Virus record (IMG/VR): IMGVR_UViG_3300020021_000018
Coordinates: 1 to 54,310 of that record
DNA length: 54,310 bases
DNA from: a virus
Taxonomy: Duplodnaviria; Caudoviricetes
Reading direction: 5' to 3' (one strand)
In this document: positions 1 to 8,189 of the stretch, one piece after another
Layout: every line of letters begins with the position of its first letter
How positions within the stretch are numbered: position 1 is the first letter of the stretch
Notes under the pieces: generated by a model
What the model was told of the DNA's origin: nothing
The model's input: the letters and a program-made list of their open reading frames with translations, nothing else
Databases searched by the model: none
Translations under genes and position numbers: made by a program

Positions 1-187
1 CAAGGCCATCGAGGTGTATGACGTGCTCGACAGCGGCATCGATACCGTCGACGTCGGGTGTGAAGAACTTACCCGCCATATTGTTGGTGCTCACGATCGA
101 GATCAGGCCTTGGGAGTCCCCGTGAATCAGGTCGATCCAGTTACGTACAGCTTCCCGGTCTGCGGAGAGGGCCTGATCCACGTCCAT
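1..187 (-). CDS. 5' part of a gene running off the window; possibly phage primase or primase-helicase
   Basis: Own translation: ATG at 187 preceded by AGGGGAG; open to base 1 (MDVDQALSADREAVRNWIDLIHGDSQGLISIV...). Function inferred only from position next to SSB/exonuclease and loose N-terminal resemblance. Confidence 0.45.
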   Translation of the reverse strand, partial: MDVDQALSADREAVRNWIDLIHGDSQGLISIVSTNNMAGKFFTPDVDGIDAAVEHVIHLDGL

Positions 188-333
188 ATATATCTCCCCT
201 AAACGAAGCAACCCCGCCTCAACACGGCTGGGGATTTGGTCAACATAGCACCGAGGGGCCAAGATCAGACGCAGATAGTTGCGGGAGAATTTTCGTGTAG
301 GCTACAGGGGACTCCATGATCCGAGTCTCCTGA

Positions 334-372
334 GAAGTAGCCCCGCGACTGCTCGGTTCGCGGGGCTACTTC
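334..372. terminator. Hairpin downstream of the SSB-like gene
   Basis: Perfect 15-bp inverted repeat GAAGTAGCCCCGCGA / TCGCGGGGCTACTTC. Confidence 0.7.
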
Positions 373-382
373 GCGTCTAGGA

Positions 383-1081
383 TCAGAAAGGCGGCTCAGA
401 ATCGAAGCCGTCATCGACGACGACGGCGTGCCCCGGCAGATTCGCTACGCCAGCAGCCTGCTGTGCCTTGAGACGATCCAGCATCGACATGCGGGACTCC
501 TCAGCATTCACGGCCGGCACACTCGGCGTGACACCCTCAGGGCGCTGCGCTGAGGTCGGGTTACCGAAGAATTCGTCCTGCTCGACAACAGCGGGCGCCT
601 GGTAGTTGGCTGCCCAGTAGTTCTTCCAGCGGCCATCCTCATACTTCTTCGCCAAGAACTTGATGGCCAGGATGCCGCCTGGTTCGATGCGCTTCGCGCC
701 GGCCTTCATCACCGCGTCCTGGAGGACCTTCTGAAGCTCACCACCCTTGACATAAATGGCGCGGATGCCATCATCTTCGGCGTCTACCCGCTGATCCGTT
801 TGGATCTTGATGACGACCTGCTTCTTCGGCTGGGTCTTCGCCTCATCCCACCAGAGAAGCTCCCCCGCATTGGCCTGCCCCTTCGCACCCGTCTGCTGGC
901 GGGTGCCGGGACGCTCGACAACCATGCCGCGCTCGATGAAGCCCTGAATCTTGTCCGGGAGCTGACCGGATCCGAAGGGTGGCGCACCCCACGTAGCGGA
1001 GCGGACCTTCTTGCCACCCATGAGGAGGGCGTCGGCTTCGGACCAGTCGTCGTTGTAATACGTTTCGTTGCCTGGTTGCAT
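383..1081 (-). CDS. ssDNA-binding protein (actinophage type)
   Basis: 232 aa; motif KQVVIKIQTD...DDGIRAIYVKG; acidic tail DDGFDSEPPF typical of SSBs; adjacent to exonuclease. Confidence 0.65.
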   Translation of the reverse strand: MQPGNETYYNDDWSEADALLMGGKKVRSATWGAPPFGSGQLPDKIQGFIERGMVVERPGTRQQTGAKGQANAGELLWWDEAKTQPKKQVVIKIQTDQRVDAEDDGIRAIYVKGGELQKVLQDAVMKAGAKRIEPGGILAIKFLAKKYEDGRWKNYWAANYQAPAVVEQDEFFGNPTSAQRPEGVTPSVPAVNAEESRMSMLDRLKAQQAAGVANLPGHAVVVDDGFDSEPPF

Positions 1082-1094
1082 GGCTTCTCCTTGG

Positions 1095-2021
1095 TTACAG
1101 GATTCCCTTGAACTCCCGCGCCTCGCGCGCGACCTTCATCTCCTCAGCTGTCCCATTCGATCCGGGGCAGCCCGACTCATCCGGTCCTTGATCGGATGAG
1201 AGCCTATTATTGTTGTACTCACATGGCCAGCACTGGCTTCCAGGGGTCATAGGGACCTGTGGCCATATGTTTTCCACGCCATCGGATTCCAGCTTGATCA
1301 TCTGACTCGCGATGCCGTAGACACGCTTCAAAGCGGCGAGGGCGATACGCCTGTCGTAAGGCTCACGGTAGATCCACATGTCACGTAGTCGCCCACCACG
1401 CGGGAAGAAAACAAGTACGACATCCCGTACAGGTCTTCCCGCGCGTTCGTGTGCCAGACCATACGTCTGCAATTGAACTCGGTAATGATGGGGCAGGTCT
1501 GGGGCGTGATCAGGGAGGCCATGCTTCTTGAGTGACTTAATGTCTTCGATGCCATTGACAGTCTTCCAATCGATGACGTCCTGGCCATCGTAGAGATCCG
1601 AATGCGCTGTGATCATCTCGTCGACAGGCATCTCAAGTTCGGTACGCCACTTGCGAAGACGGTCATCGCCAGCATCCTTCTGGTAGAAGCCGACTGCCTC
1701 CTCAAGCCAGGAATGGATAGCGGTCCCCACCAGGGCAGGCCACGGATCGGCACGGAAGTTGACCTGCTTCGAGCCGGCCAGGACACGGGCAATGAAATGA
1801 TCACACGGGTGACCGATCTCGCTCGGCCCGATAGCGGTCTGTAGTGTCCGGGCCGCATTATCATCCGCGTAGGTGATGAAGTCCATGATCTGGCCACGCA
1901 GGACAGCGTTACGTTCGTCGTAGAGGACCTGCGGATCGCAGGCAGGGTGGTAGTCGGCGCCAGCATCCATATGGATCTGGTCGAGATGTGAGCCGCATTT
2001 GCGGCACATCTCACGCGTCAT
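1095..2021 (-). CDS. Cas4/RecB-like PD-(D/E)XK exonuclease
   Basis: IGPSEIGHPC, GTAIH, DLYD..VIDWKT, QLQTYG and C-terminal CWPC...C motifs. Confidence 0.85.
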   Translation of the reverse strand: MTREMCRKCGSHLDQIHMDAGADYHPACDPQVLYDERNAVLRGQIMDFITYADDNAARTLQTAIGPSEIGHPCDHFIARVLAGSKQVNFRADPWPALVGTAIHSWLEEAVGFYQKDAGDDRLRKWRTELEMPVDEMITAHSDLYDGQDVIDWKTVNGIEDIKSLKKHGLPDHAPDLPHHYRVQLQTYGLAHERAGRPVRDVVLVFFPRGGRLRDMWIYREPYDRRIALAALKRVYGIASQMIKLESDGVENIWPQVPMTPGSQCWPCEYNNNRLSSDQGPDESGCPGSNGTAEEMKVAREAREFKGIL

Positions 2022-2385
2022 CCTTCACCATCTCTGGGTGGTGCCCCAGGAGGAAGGCCCAGCCGCGCAGGGTATCGAGTCTCGGGATGATGATGCCCTC
2101 TTCGTATTCGCGGATCCGTTCCGATGATGGCCAGTGCATGATGTTGCTCAGGTTTACACGCTCCCAGCCAAGATCGAGTCTCGCCTGATGCAGCTTGGTG
2201 ATCATCGGATCGACGATGTTCGGATCGACGACGAGTGTCTCGACTTCCTCCTTCTCCTTCGCCACGGCCGTGATGCGCTCACGTATCTTGGCAACGTCGC
2301 GTGCGGAGAAGCGCTGCGCAGAACCCTTGCTGTGCATGATCATGATTACTTTGCCGCCATAGGCGGACTCGATCTCCAGAGCCAT
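2011..2385 (-). CDS. XRE-like HTH DNA-binding protein
   Basis: C-terminal KLHQARLDLGW...IREYEEGIIIPRLDTLRGWAFLLG; start moved to ATG 2385 (AAGGAG upstream). Confidence 0.6.
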   Translation of the reverse strand: MALEIESAYGGKVIMIMHSKGSAQRFSARDVAKIRERITAVAKEKEEVETLVVDPNIVDPMITKLHQARLDLGWERVNLSNIMHWPSSERIREYEEGIIIPRLDTLRGWAFLLGHHPEMVKDDA

Positions 2386-2840
2386 CAGATCTCCTTGCGT
2401 CGTAGCTGATCCGCCTGGGATGCCGGGATGTAGGTTCCGAGACGTCCAAGCTGGATACACGTTAGCGCCCCACTACGACACTTCCTGGCGATCGTGGCCG
2501 AGGACGGGGATAAGCCCAGCTCACTCGTGATGACAGCGATCGGGAGAAGATCCTCAGGTCGCAGGCCGTGATCATCATAGAGGGACTGCTCGATCTGATC
2601 CAGATGATGTGCGAGCTGGCCGAGGCGTACCGCTGTCATACTGTGCATCCGATCGGCCATCTCAGGATCGGCTTCCCAGCGTGCAACGACCTGCCCTGCC
2701 GTTCCGAGGATCGTGGCGCATCTGCGTACGGAGAGATGGAACCTGCTGCGGCGGCTCGCCAAGCCGCCTGGGACTTGGACTACGTCACGTCCGTAGCGCT
2801 CCGCTTCGAGGATATCTAGCTCGGTAAATTCGTTGATCAT
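2385..2840 (-). CDS. Protein with two HTH-like segments (XRE-like and excisionase-like)
   Basis: LSVRRCATILGTAGQVVARWE and C-terminal ELGLSP..TIARKCRSGALTCIQLG; start ATG 2840 with GGAGG. Confidence 0.55.
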   Translation of the reverse strand: MINEFTELDILEAERYGRDVVQVPGGLASRRSRFHLSVRRCATILGTAGQVVARWEADPEMADRMHSMTAVRLGQLAHHLDQIEQSLYDDHGLRPEDLLPIAVITSELGLSPSSATIARKCRSGALTCIQLGRLGTYIPASQADQLRRKEI

Positions 2841-2892
2841 GGTTACCTCCAACGGCAATGTACCACCACGTAGGGGTGCGTAGGAATATGCA

Positions 2893-2934
2893 GAATGGCC
2901 CCGCCCCCTCGGATCAGGAGGAGCGGGGCCATTC
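2893..2934. terminator. GC-rich hairpin
   Basis: GAATGGCCCCGC / GCGGGGCCATTC inverted repeat between genes. Confidence 0.55.
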
Positions 2935-3033
2935 CGGGCGAGAAGCAGCTGAAGCCGCTTCTCTGAGCCGCCGAGATGAAGATCGGGTAGGGAGTCGTAG
3001 GTCTCCCCCTCCATCACGGCCTACAGCAAAGAA

Positions 3034-3912
3034 CTAGTTACAGTTGGTGGCACCAACGATATTGCCGTCAGCGGCACTCTGGCCATCGTCACCCGGGTTG
3101 ATGGCATCCAGCCACTCCTGATGCGAGACATTCGTGCAGCCGGCGCCGGCCTGGATCGTCAAGTTGTAGTCCCACGAGTAAGCCGTCAGCTTTGTACCGA
3201 AAGCATTACCCGTCGTGGCCAGCGTCGCCCAGTTCGTGGTGCTGGCAGGCTTTGCCGCACCCGTCGCAGCGACCGGCACCGTACCGCTCAAGCTGGCACT
3301 ATCCGCATAGAACTGGCCCACAGCCACACCCTGGAAGGTGCCGGCGAAGGCACCCGTGATGTTGTCAGCGGTGCCATTCGGAGAGTCTGCGCCATTCACG
3401 GTGGTGAAGGTGCCATTGTCGGTCAAGGTGAAGGTGAAGAGGTAGCACTTCGCTGCCCCGCCACACTTGTCGACATCAGCCGCGCCGTTATTGGTGACGT
3501 CCACCTTCCGCGTGAAGTCGTCACTCGCCCATCCCGAAGACTCAGGCCACGAAGTGATACTGGTGGTGTGCGAAACCGAGGTGACGGCACTCGTCCCGGC
3601 CGGACCCGCAGGACCTGTCGCTCCGGTTGCCCCCGTGGCACCGGCAGGACCCGCAGGACCGGTTGCGCCGGTGGCTCCGACGTGACCGGTGGCCGCGACA
3701 TTGATGAAGGCGTAGCCGGCGGGACACGCGTGGGTATTGGTACTCGGTGCCGCCCAGTCACCATTGGGACGGATGCAGACGTTGAAGCTTCCGTTGGGCT
3801 GGACGCCGGTGGCATGCAGCGGGGTAACGGGTGTCGCATTGGCCGAAGCGGTGAAGCCTACGAGGGCTACGCCAGCGACTGCCAGGGCGAGAAGAGTCTT
3901 CTTAAATCGCAT
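3034..3912 (-). CDS. Secreted protein with collagen-like G-X-Y repeats
   Basis: Signal peptide MRFKKTLLALAVAGVALVGFTASANA; GATGATGPAGPAGATGATGATGPAGPAG; Cys-paired, Thr-rich C-terminal domain. Confidence 0.75.
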   Translation of the reverse strand: MRFKKTLLALAVAGVALVGFTASANATPVTPLHATGVQPNGSFNVCIRPNGDWAAPSTNTHACPAGYAFINVAATGHVGATGATGPAGPAGATGATGATGPAGPAGTSAVTSVSHTTSITSWPESSGWASDDFTRKVDVTNNGAADVDKCGGAAKCYLFTFTLTDNGTFTTVNGADSPNGTADNITGAFAGTFQGVAVGQFYADSASLSGTVPVAATGAAKPASTTNWATLATTGNAFGTKLTAYSWDYNLTIQAGAGCTNVSHQEWLDAINPGDDGQSAADGNIVGATNCN

Positions 3913-3957
3913 GTTGATCTTTTGCTCCTTATTGTCGGTATTACTCGTGCTCGGATG

Positions 3958-4329
3958 CTACAGGCCGTCCTGGAGCTGATCCGCGAACTCGGCCGTTTTT
4001 GCTAGCGGATCCGAAACTTTGAAGCGGCCGTCGTAGTCCTCCAGATTCATGGCGTAGACCATGTCCGGCGTGACGAACTGACCGACCGCGACATCCAGCT
4101 CGATCGTCACCGTCACCTTGCGCGTATTGGAGATACCGAGTAGATCCAGGAGGCTACCGATTGCGTAGGCGGAACCAGAATGATGCTGTCCTACCTGCGC
4201 TGCGGCTTCCAGGATCTCCCACTCATGCCACGTACGCGTCTTATCCGTCGTCACGCTGGCCTGTGGCACGAGGAGTGGCAGAGGTAGATACCCCTCCTTG
4301 TCAGCGGCCGACATTCCGTAATCTCCCAT
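3958..4329 (-). CDS. Hypothetical protein
   Basis: ATG 4329 with AAGGAGG; fills the gap in the leftward gene string. Confidence 0.6.
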   Translation of the reverse strand: MGDYGMSAADKEGYLPLPLLVPQASVTTDKTRTWHEWEILEAAAQVGQHHSGSAYAIGSLLDLLGISNTRKVTVTIELDVAVGQFVTPDMVYAMNLEDYDGRFKVSDPLAKTAEFADQLQDGL

Positions 4330-4452
4330 CTGATCCTCCTTTTCCTTCTTGTACATAAAGTCACTTAGGTTGATGTGGATGATCGGATTCACGCCTCCAG
4401 TCGGCTGAGGGGGATGCCCCGGTGAATCGGAATCCACCGGGGCATCCTTGTA

Positions 4453-5979
4453 CTAGTCCTGCGCTTCGCGATCTTCGTCGTAGTCGAGCATCGCGTCACC
4501 CTCGGCGTCGTAGCCGGCGTAAGCCGTGTGGTTGATGACGTCACCCACGATGTCACGGAAGAGATCATCCAAGGTGCAGACATTCGCACCCTCAGCCGCC
4601 TCCTCCATGAGGGCCAGCTGCGGACGCAGACCCAGGGCGGCATCCACCAGATCGTCGGTGGTCACCATGTCGGGCTTACCACCGCTACGCGAGATCGAGT
4701 AACGCATCGCACGATTGATGGCCTCGACGGCGAAAGCGGGCAGGAAGCCGATGAAGGCCTTCCCGACACGCTCGTAGTCGATATCGCTGAGAAGCTTCGC
4801 CGGGACAAGATTCTCCACGAGGCGCTTGAAGCCGGACGGATCCAGCTCAGCGACGTGGATCACCGCATCGAGCCGGCCCGGACGAAGAACAGCCTTCTGG
4901 ATCTTCTCCACAAAGTTGGTGGTGAAGCCGGCGACGACCTCTCCACCCTTGGAAGTGATCCCGTCGAGCATGTCCAGAAGCTTCGAGATCTGATCTGCTG
5001 TGCCGCCATTGGCCAGCAGATCGATGTCCTCGAACCAGACAACGGCAGGAGCGTAAAGCTTCGCCGTATTGAGGACCTCACCCAGATCGTCCTTGCCGGT
5101 GCGGCACAGGATGTAGGTCCAGCCATTGGCCTGCGCATGCTGCGCGGTCAAGATGCCGGCCGACGTCTTACCGGTGCCGTAGGGGCCTTCCAGGAGGACG
5201 GCGCGCTTGAGTGGAATCTTCAGATCACGCATCGTCTGCGTGTGCTTCAGCAGGCTCCACAGGTTCGCGTCGAGCTGCGTCTGCACCTCTTCCGAGAAGA
5301 TGATCGTCTTCGGATCCACCCGATTCACATCGAGGAAGACGGGCTCGGTACCACCCGTGATCGCACGACCCTTGTAGATCGAGTTGTGCTTCAGCTCCTC
5401 CTCGACAAGCTGGAAGAAGGCCTCGATGTGCTTGCGATACTTCTTCGGTGCGTCGACCGCCAGGACGAAGATCATCCCGTATTCGCGATCCTTCGAATCG
5501 CCGAGGGTGAAAGTTGCCTCCAGGGGTGGGAACTCAACATCACCCCACGGAACCTGGACACTCTGCCCCGGACCGGTTTCGATCGTGATCAGGGCCGGCG
5601 GGTTCGTTCCGAAGAAGCTCACCTGTGCTTTGCCGATCCCGGCCGTTCCGAAGTTCTTCATCATCGCCGCATCGAAAGCATGCGCGCCATCCCAGGGACG
5701 GTAATTGAACTTCCGCTGGAAGGTGCAGTGCCCCGTCTGCGACTTCTCGTACCGCTCCAGGTAGTCGATCGCGTCGCCGACACGTCCCTCGTAGGTGCCC
5801 GGAAGGACGATCTTGTCGCCGTCGAAGAGGATGTCGTCATCGGTGACGGTCAGCCCCCCGAGTACTTCGAGACTCGCGATGATCGCCATGCGGACCTGAT
5901 CCGCCTGGGAGATCTTCGCCTTCTCGGTACGGTGTGCTTCAACGACGGCACCCATCAGATCTTTCACATCAATACTCAT
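4453..5979 (-). CDS. AAA+ ATPase with long N-terminal domain
   Basis: Walker A GPYGTGKT, Walker B VVWFEDID, sensor TTN, arginine finger LRPGRLD. Confidence 0.9.
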   Translation of the reverse strand: MSIDVKDLMGAVVEAHRTEKAKISQADQVRMAIIASLEVLGGLTVTDDDILFDGDKIVLPGTYEGRVGDAIDYLERYEKSQTGHCTFQRKFNYRPWDGAHAFDAAMMKNFGTAGIGKAQVSFFGTNPPALITIETGPGQSVQVPWGDVEFPPLEATFTLGDSKDREYGMIFVLAVDAPKKYRKHIEAFFQLVEEELKHNSIYKGRAITGGTEPVFLDVNRVDPKTIIFSEEVQTQLDANLWSLLKHTQTMRDLKIPLKRAVLLEGPYGTGKTSAGILTAQHAQANGWTYILCRTGKDDLGEVLNTAKLYAPAVVWFEDIDLLANGGTADQISKLLDMLDGITSKGGEVVAGFTTNFVEKIQKAVLRPGRLDAVIHVAELDPSGFKRLVENLVPAKLLSDIDYERVGKAFIGFLPAFAVEAINRAMRYSISRSGGKPDMVTTDDLVDAALGLRPQLALMEEAAEGANVCTLDDLFRDIVGDVINHTAYAGYDAEGDAMLDYDEDREAQD

Positions 5980-6024
5980 GATCCTCCTTCTCCTGTTCGC
6001 TTCTGATCCGAAGCGACGAGAGGA

Positions 6025-6053
6025 ACCGTAGCACCCCCGCCAGGGGAGCGCAA
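6025..6053 (-). promoter_or_regulatory. Promoter of the AAA+ ATPase gene, with conserved spacer motif
   Basis: Minus strand TTGCGC-tcccctggcgggggtgc(17)-TACGGT. Confidence 0.6.
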
Positions 6054-6078
6054 GTCATAAGTTCCCACAACAGGTGGC

Positions 6079-6112
6079 GGCCCCGACGGGCCTATCCTTG
6101 CCCGCCGGGGCC
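6079..6112 (-). terminator. Terminal hairpin of the ncRNA
   Basis: Minus strand GGCCCCGGCGGGC-aaggatag-GCCCGTCGGGGCC; 13-bp stem with one G-U pair that forms only on this strand. Confidence 0.65.
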
Positions 6113-6203
6113 TTTGGGTTTCAACCTTGAAAAGGTTGTTCATAAACCGAGTGTCACCTTACATCACCAGCGCACGTTTAAAGCCAAGATCATTCTGAGT
6201 CTA

Positions 6204-6275
6204 TCCAGTGCTCTGCCATTGAGCTACAGGGCCAAGTTTGGAGGCCCCATTGAGATTCGAACTCAAACCCCTGGA
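6204..6275 (-). ncRNA. Permuted tRNA-like domain B
   Basis: TCCAG gggt TTGAG-TTCGAAT-CTCAA TGGGGCC TCCA aactt GGCCCTG TA GCTC-AATGGCA-GAGC A CTGGA. Confidence 0.85.
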
Positions 6276-6409
6276 AAGAAAAGCCTTGACTGGTTGATCT
6301 GGTGAAGGGTGGATCTTTATTGAGACTAGAGCGAGAATCTGAGACTCAAACGTCAAACTACTTCGACGCCTATGAATCTGATCATCTCAATCTGAGTCTC
6401 GCAGTCGGC

Positions 6410-6489
6410 GCCGAGGTCCCTCTGCCAATTGGGGTACCGGGGCATGAATGGAGCCCCAGCCAGGATTCGAACCTGGACATTGCCTCGAC
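6410..6489 (-). ncRNA. Permuted tRNA-like domain A
   Basis: GTCGAGG caatgt CCAGG-TTCGAAT-CCTGG CTGGGGC TCCA ttcat GCCCCGG TA CCC-CAATTGGCAGA-GGG A CCTCGGC. Confidence 0.85.
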
Positions 6490-6526
6490 TATGGCTACGT
6501 CCCCGCGCTCAAACGGGGAGCTTTGG

Positions 6527-7264
6527 TCAACTACCCAGAAGGTAGTTGAAGACAGGGGTGGAAAGGTCGACACCTTCCGGGACCGTCGTCATATTCGCCT
6601 CTTCACGCGCGAACTTGACCGCCTCCTGAAGCTTCGAAACCTTCGCCAGCAGGAGAGCCTTCTCCGGAGCGGGCATCGCACCCGAGAACTTCGTCGTCGT
6701 CCACGTACCAACAATCACATCCTCGGTGAACATCTGCACCTGAGCCGGGTGCTTCTCCGTCGCGATGGCCAGGACGTGATTCTTCGGAACCTTCGCCGTA
6801 CGCGTCGACTGCTTCGATGTCGACTTGTAGACACCTGTCGTCGGGTCCAGACTCCAGTCCTCCGAAGGGTCCAGAAGGGGAAGCTTCGTCACGAAGGTGT
6901 GTACGTCGACGAGCTGCTTCTCCAAGAACATCAGCGTTGTCACTGGAACGTCGGCCAGGACGGTGACGCCATCGACCGTCACATTGCCACGGGCGACCGT
7001 ATTGGCCTCATCCAGTTCAGCAACAACATTGAACATCTTGGAAAGATCCAGGCGCAGCTGCGCCAGGGCACCCGTCGTCGTGATCTGAACCTTCGTAAAC
7101 TCGGGCGGGAGCTGGTCACCCAGCTCATCCTTCGGAGAGTACGTCTTGGTGATGCCGGAGATCAGGGGAGCCTTCTGCACATTGCGGAAGGTCTCCGTCC
7201 AGGCCGCCTGAGCTTCACGCTTCTTCGTCTGCGCGATGGCGATGATTTGATTCAGTCGAGTCAT
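6527..7264 (-). CDS. Conserved protein of unknown function (recalled as DUF7873-like); candidate partner of the ncRNA
   Basis: 245 aa; motifs LNQIIA, TYSPKDELGDQLPPE, VPVTTLMFLEKQL, ATEKHPAQV, KLQEAVKFAREEAN; RBS AAGGAGGAGG. Family name is from memory. Confidence 0.75.
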   Translation of the reverse strand: MTRLNQIIAIAQTKKREAQAAWTETFRNVQKAPLISGITKTYSPKDELGDQLPPEFTKVQITTTGALAQLRLDLSKMFNVVAELDEANTVARGNVTVDGVTVLADVPVTTLMFLEKQLVDVHTFVTKLPLLDPSEDWSLDPTTGVYKSTSKQSTRTAKVPKNHVLAIATEKHPAQVQMFTEDVIVGTWTTTKFSGAMPAPEKALLLAKVSKLQEAVKFAREEANMTTVPEGVDLSTPVFNYLLGS

Positions 7265-7671
7265 GATCCTCCTCCTTCAGTTTGAAAACTGCGTGTCTGA
7301 TATCTCGCTCTTCGACGTTCATTTCTTCTATCCCTGCACGGTCGGCACGGGCAATTGCGTTTGCCTGTTAGACCGCCACCGTGTTCCACGCCCAACTCAG
7401 ATCCAGTTTTTGCTAGGTGACATTGGTGACAAAGAATCTGACACTTGATCAATTCTTCTTGCAACTTAGAAGGTGTAGCCAAGAGCAGCTTAGCTACGTT
7501 TATCATCTTAGTTGATCTATCTGTATGATCAATTTCTAGTGAATCTTTAGATTCACACTTAGCACATTGACCACCGAGCTGTTCTATCGCTCTGAGTCTG
7601 TGAGTCTCATATCTGCGCGCCATGTAGGAACGCATATACTCGTTATATTCTTCGCGGTCTCTATGTGGCAC
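7261..7671 (-). CDS. HNH endonuclease
   Basis: LGGQCAKC..LEIDH...CQILCHQCH plus C-terminal HG...CPCRPC; AT-richer than flanks; probable GTG start at 7671, 7 nt after TAGACT. Confidence 0.8.
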   Translation of the reverse strand: MPHRDREEYNEYMRSYMARRYETHRLRAIEQLGGQCAKCESKDSLEIDHTDRSTKMINVAKLLLATPSKLQEELIKCQILCHQCHLAKTGSELGVEHGGGLTGKRNCPCRPCRDRRNERRRARYQTRSFQTEGGGS

Positions 7672-7721
7672 GAGACTAAGTCTACACCGAGGACGACCTG
7701 GCTCCTCTACTGCCCTGTGAA

Positions 7722-7913
7722 CTACACGTACTTCTGTCCGACCAAACCGCCAACAGACTGGGCTGTCTTGTGCAGACTGCGCCAACGCTTATCCATGGCG
7801 ACCATCACCGCATCGTTACCGAACTTCGCGACGAGGCGACGTGTCAGATCCTGGAAGGTGATCTCCGGTGGCTTCGGACGCGTCACGTTCACCATCGTCG
7901 TCTCCTGCTCCAT
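7722..7913 (-). CDS. Small hypothetical protein
   Basis: 3' part of ORF 7722..8057; start uncertain. Confidence 0.45.
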   Translation of the reverse strand: MEQETTMVNVTRPKPPEITFQDLTRRLVAKFGNDAVMVAMDKRWRSLHKTAQSVGGLVGQKYV

Positions 7914-8118
7914 AGATCTCAGTGTGCCATGCCTGCCGCGATCATGATGGCAACGCCGATCGCGATGATGATGAGCCAGAAGTAGAACTGGCCATCGGTC
8001 ATCATCCGCCCATCGTCTCTTCCTTCTATAGGGAACCGCTCGGGACTGCTTCTCCAAGCACCGGAGACTTCCGCATCCGTGGCCCCGAGTGGCGTCTTTC
8101 CACTAGACAGCAAGGCTA

Positions 8119-8147
8119 ACAGTAACTCCCCCGCCAAGGGATGTCAA
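8119..8147 (-). promoter_or_regulatory. Strong leftward sigma70/HrdB-type promoter
   Basis: Minus strand TTGACA-tcccttggcgggggagt(17)-TACTGT. Confidence 0.75.
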
Positions 8148-8189
8148 GCTACACAGCAAGATTCTTTCCAACATGCCATGATCTTTGCT

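Larger units (their letters stand above)
6079..6526 (-). ncRNA. Large structured RNA with two circularly permuted tRNA-like domains
   Basis: Non-coding gap behind the 245-aa gene, with two T-arm/CCA/D-arm modules in permuted order and several flanking stems. Confidence 0.8.

Noticed and set aside
1095-2021. CRISPR-Cas system implied by the Cas4-like gene
   Set aside because: No array or other cas genes; stand-alone Cas4-like exonucleases next to SSB genes are ordinary in actinophages.
6204-6489. Canonical tRNA genes, or a single tRNA/tmRNA formed by the 5' half of domain A and the 3' half of domain B
   Set aside because: The halves are in permuted order and there is no anticodon loop. Acceptor and anticodon stems pair well within each domain but poorly across domains. 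No tmRNA tag frame or alanine G3-U70 identity is evident.
3121-7285. Long plus-strand ORFs 3121..4005, 4528..6006 and 6302..7285
   Set aside because: Antisense shadows of well-supported minus-strand genes, expected from high-GC codon bias.
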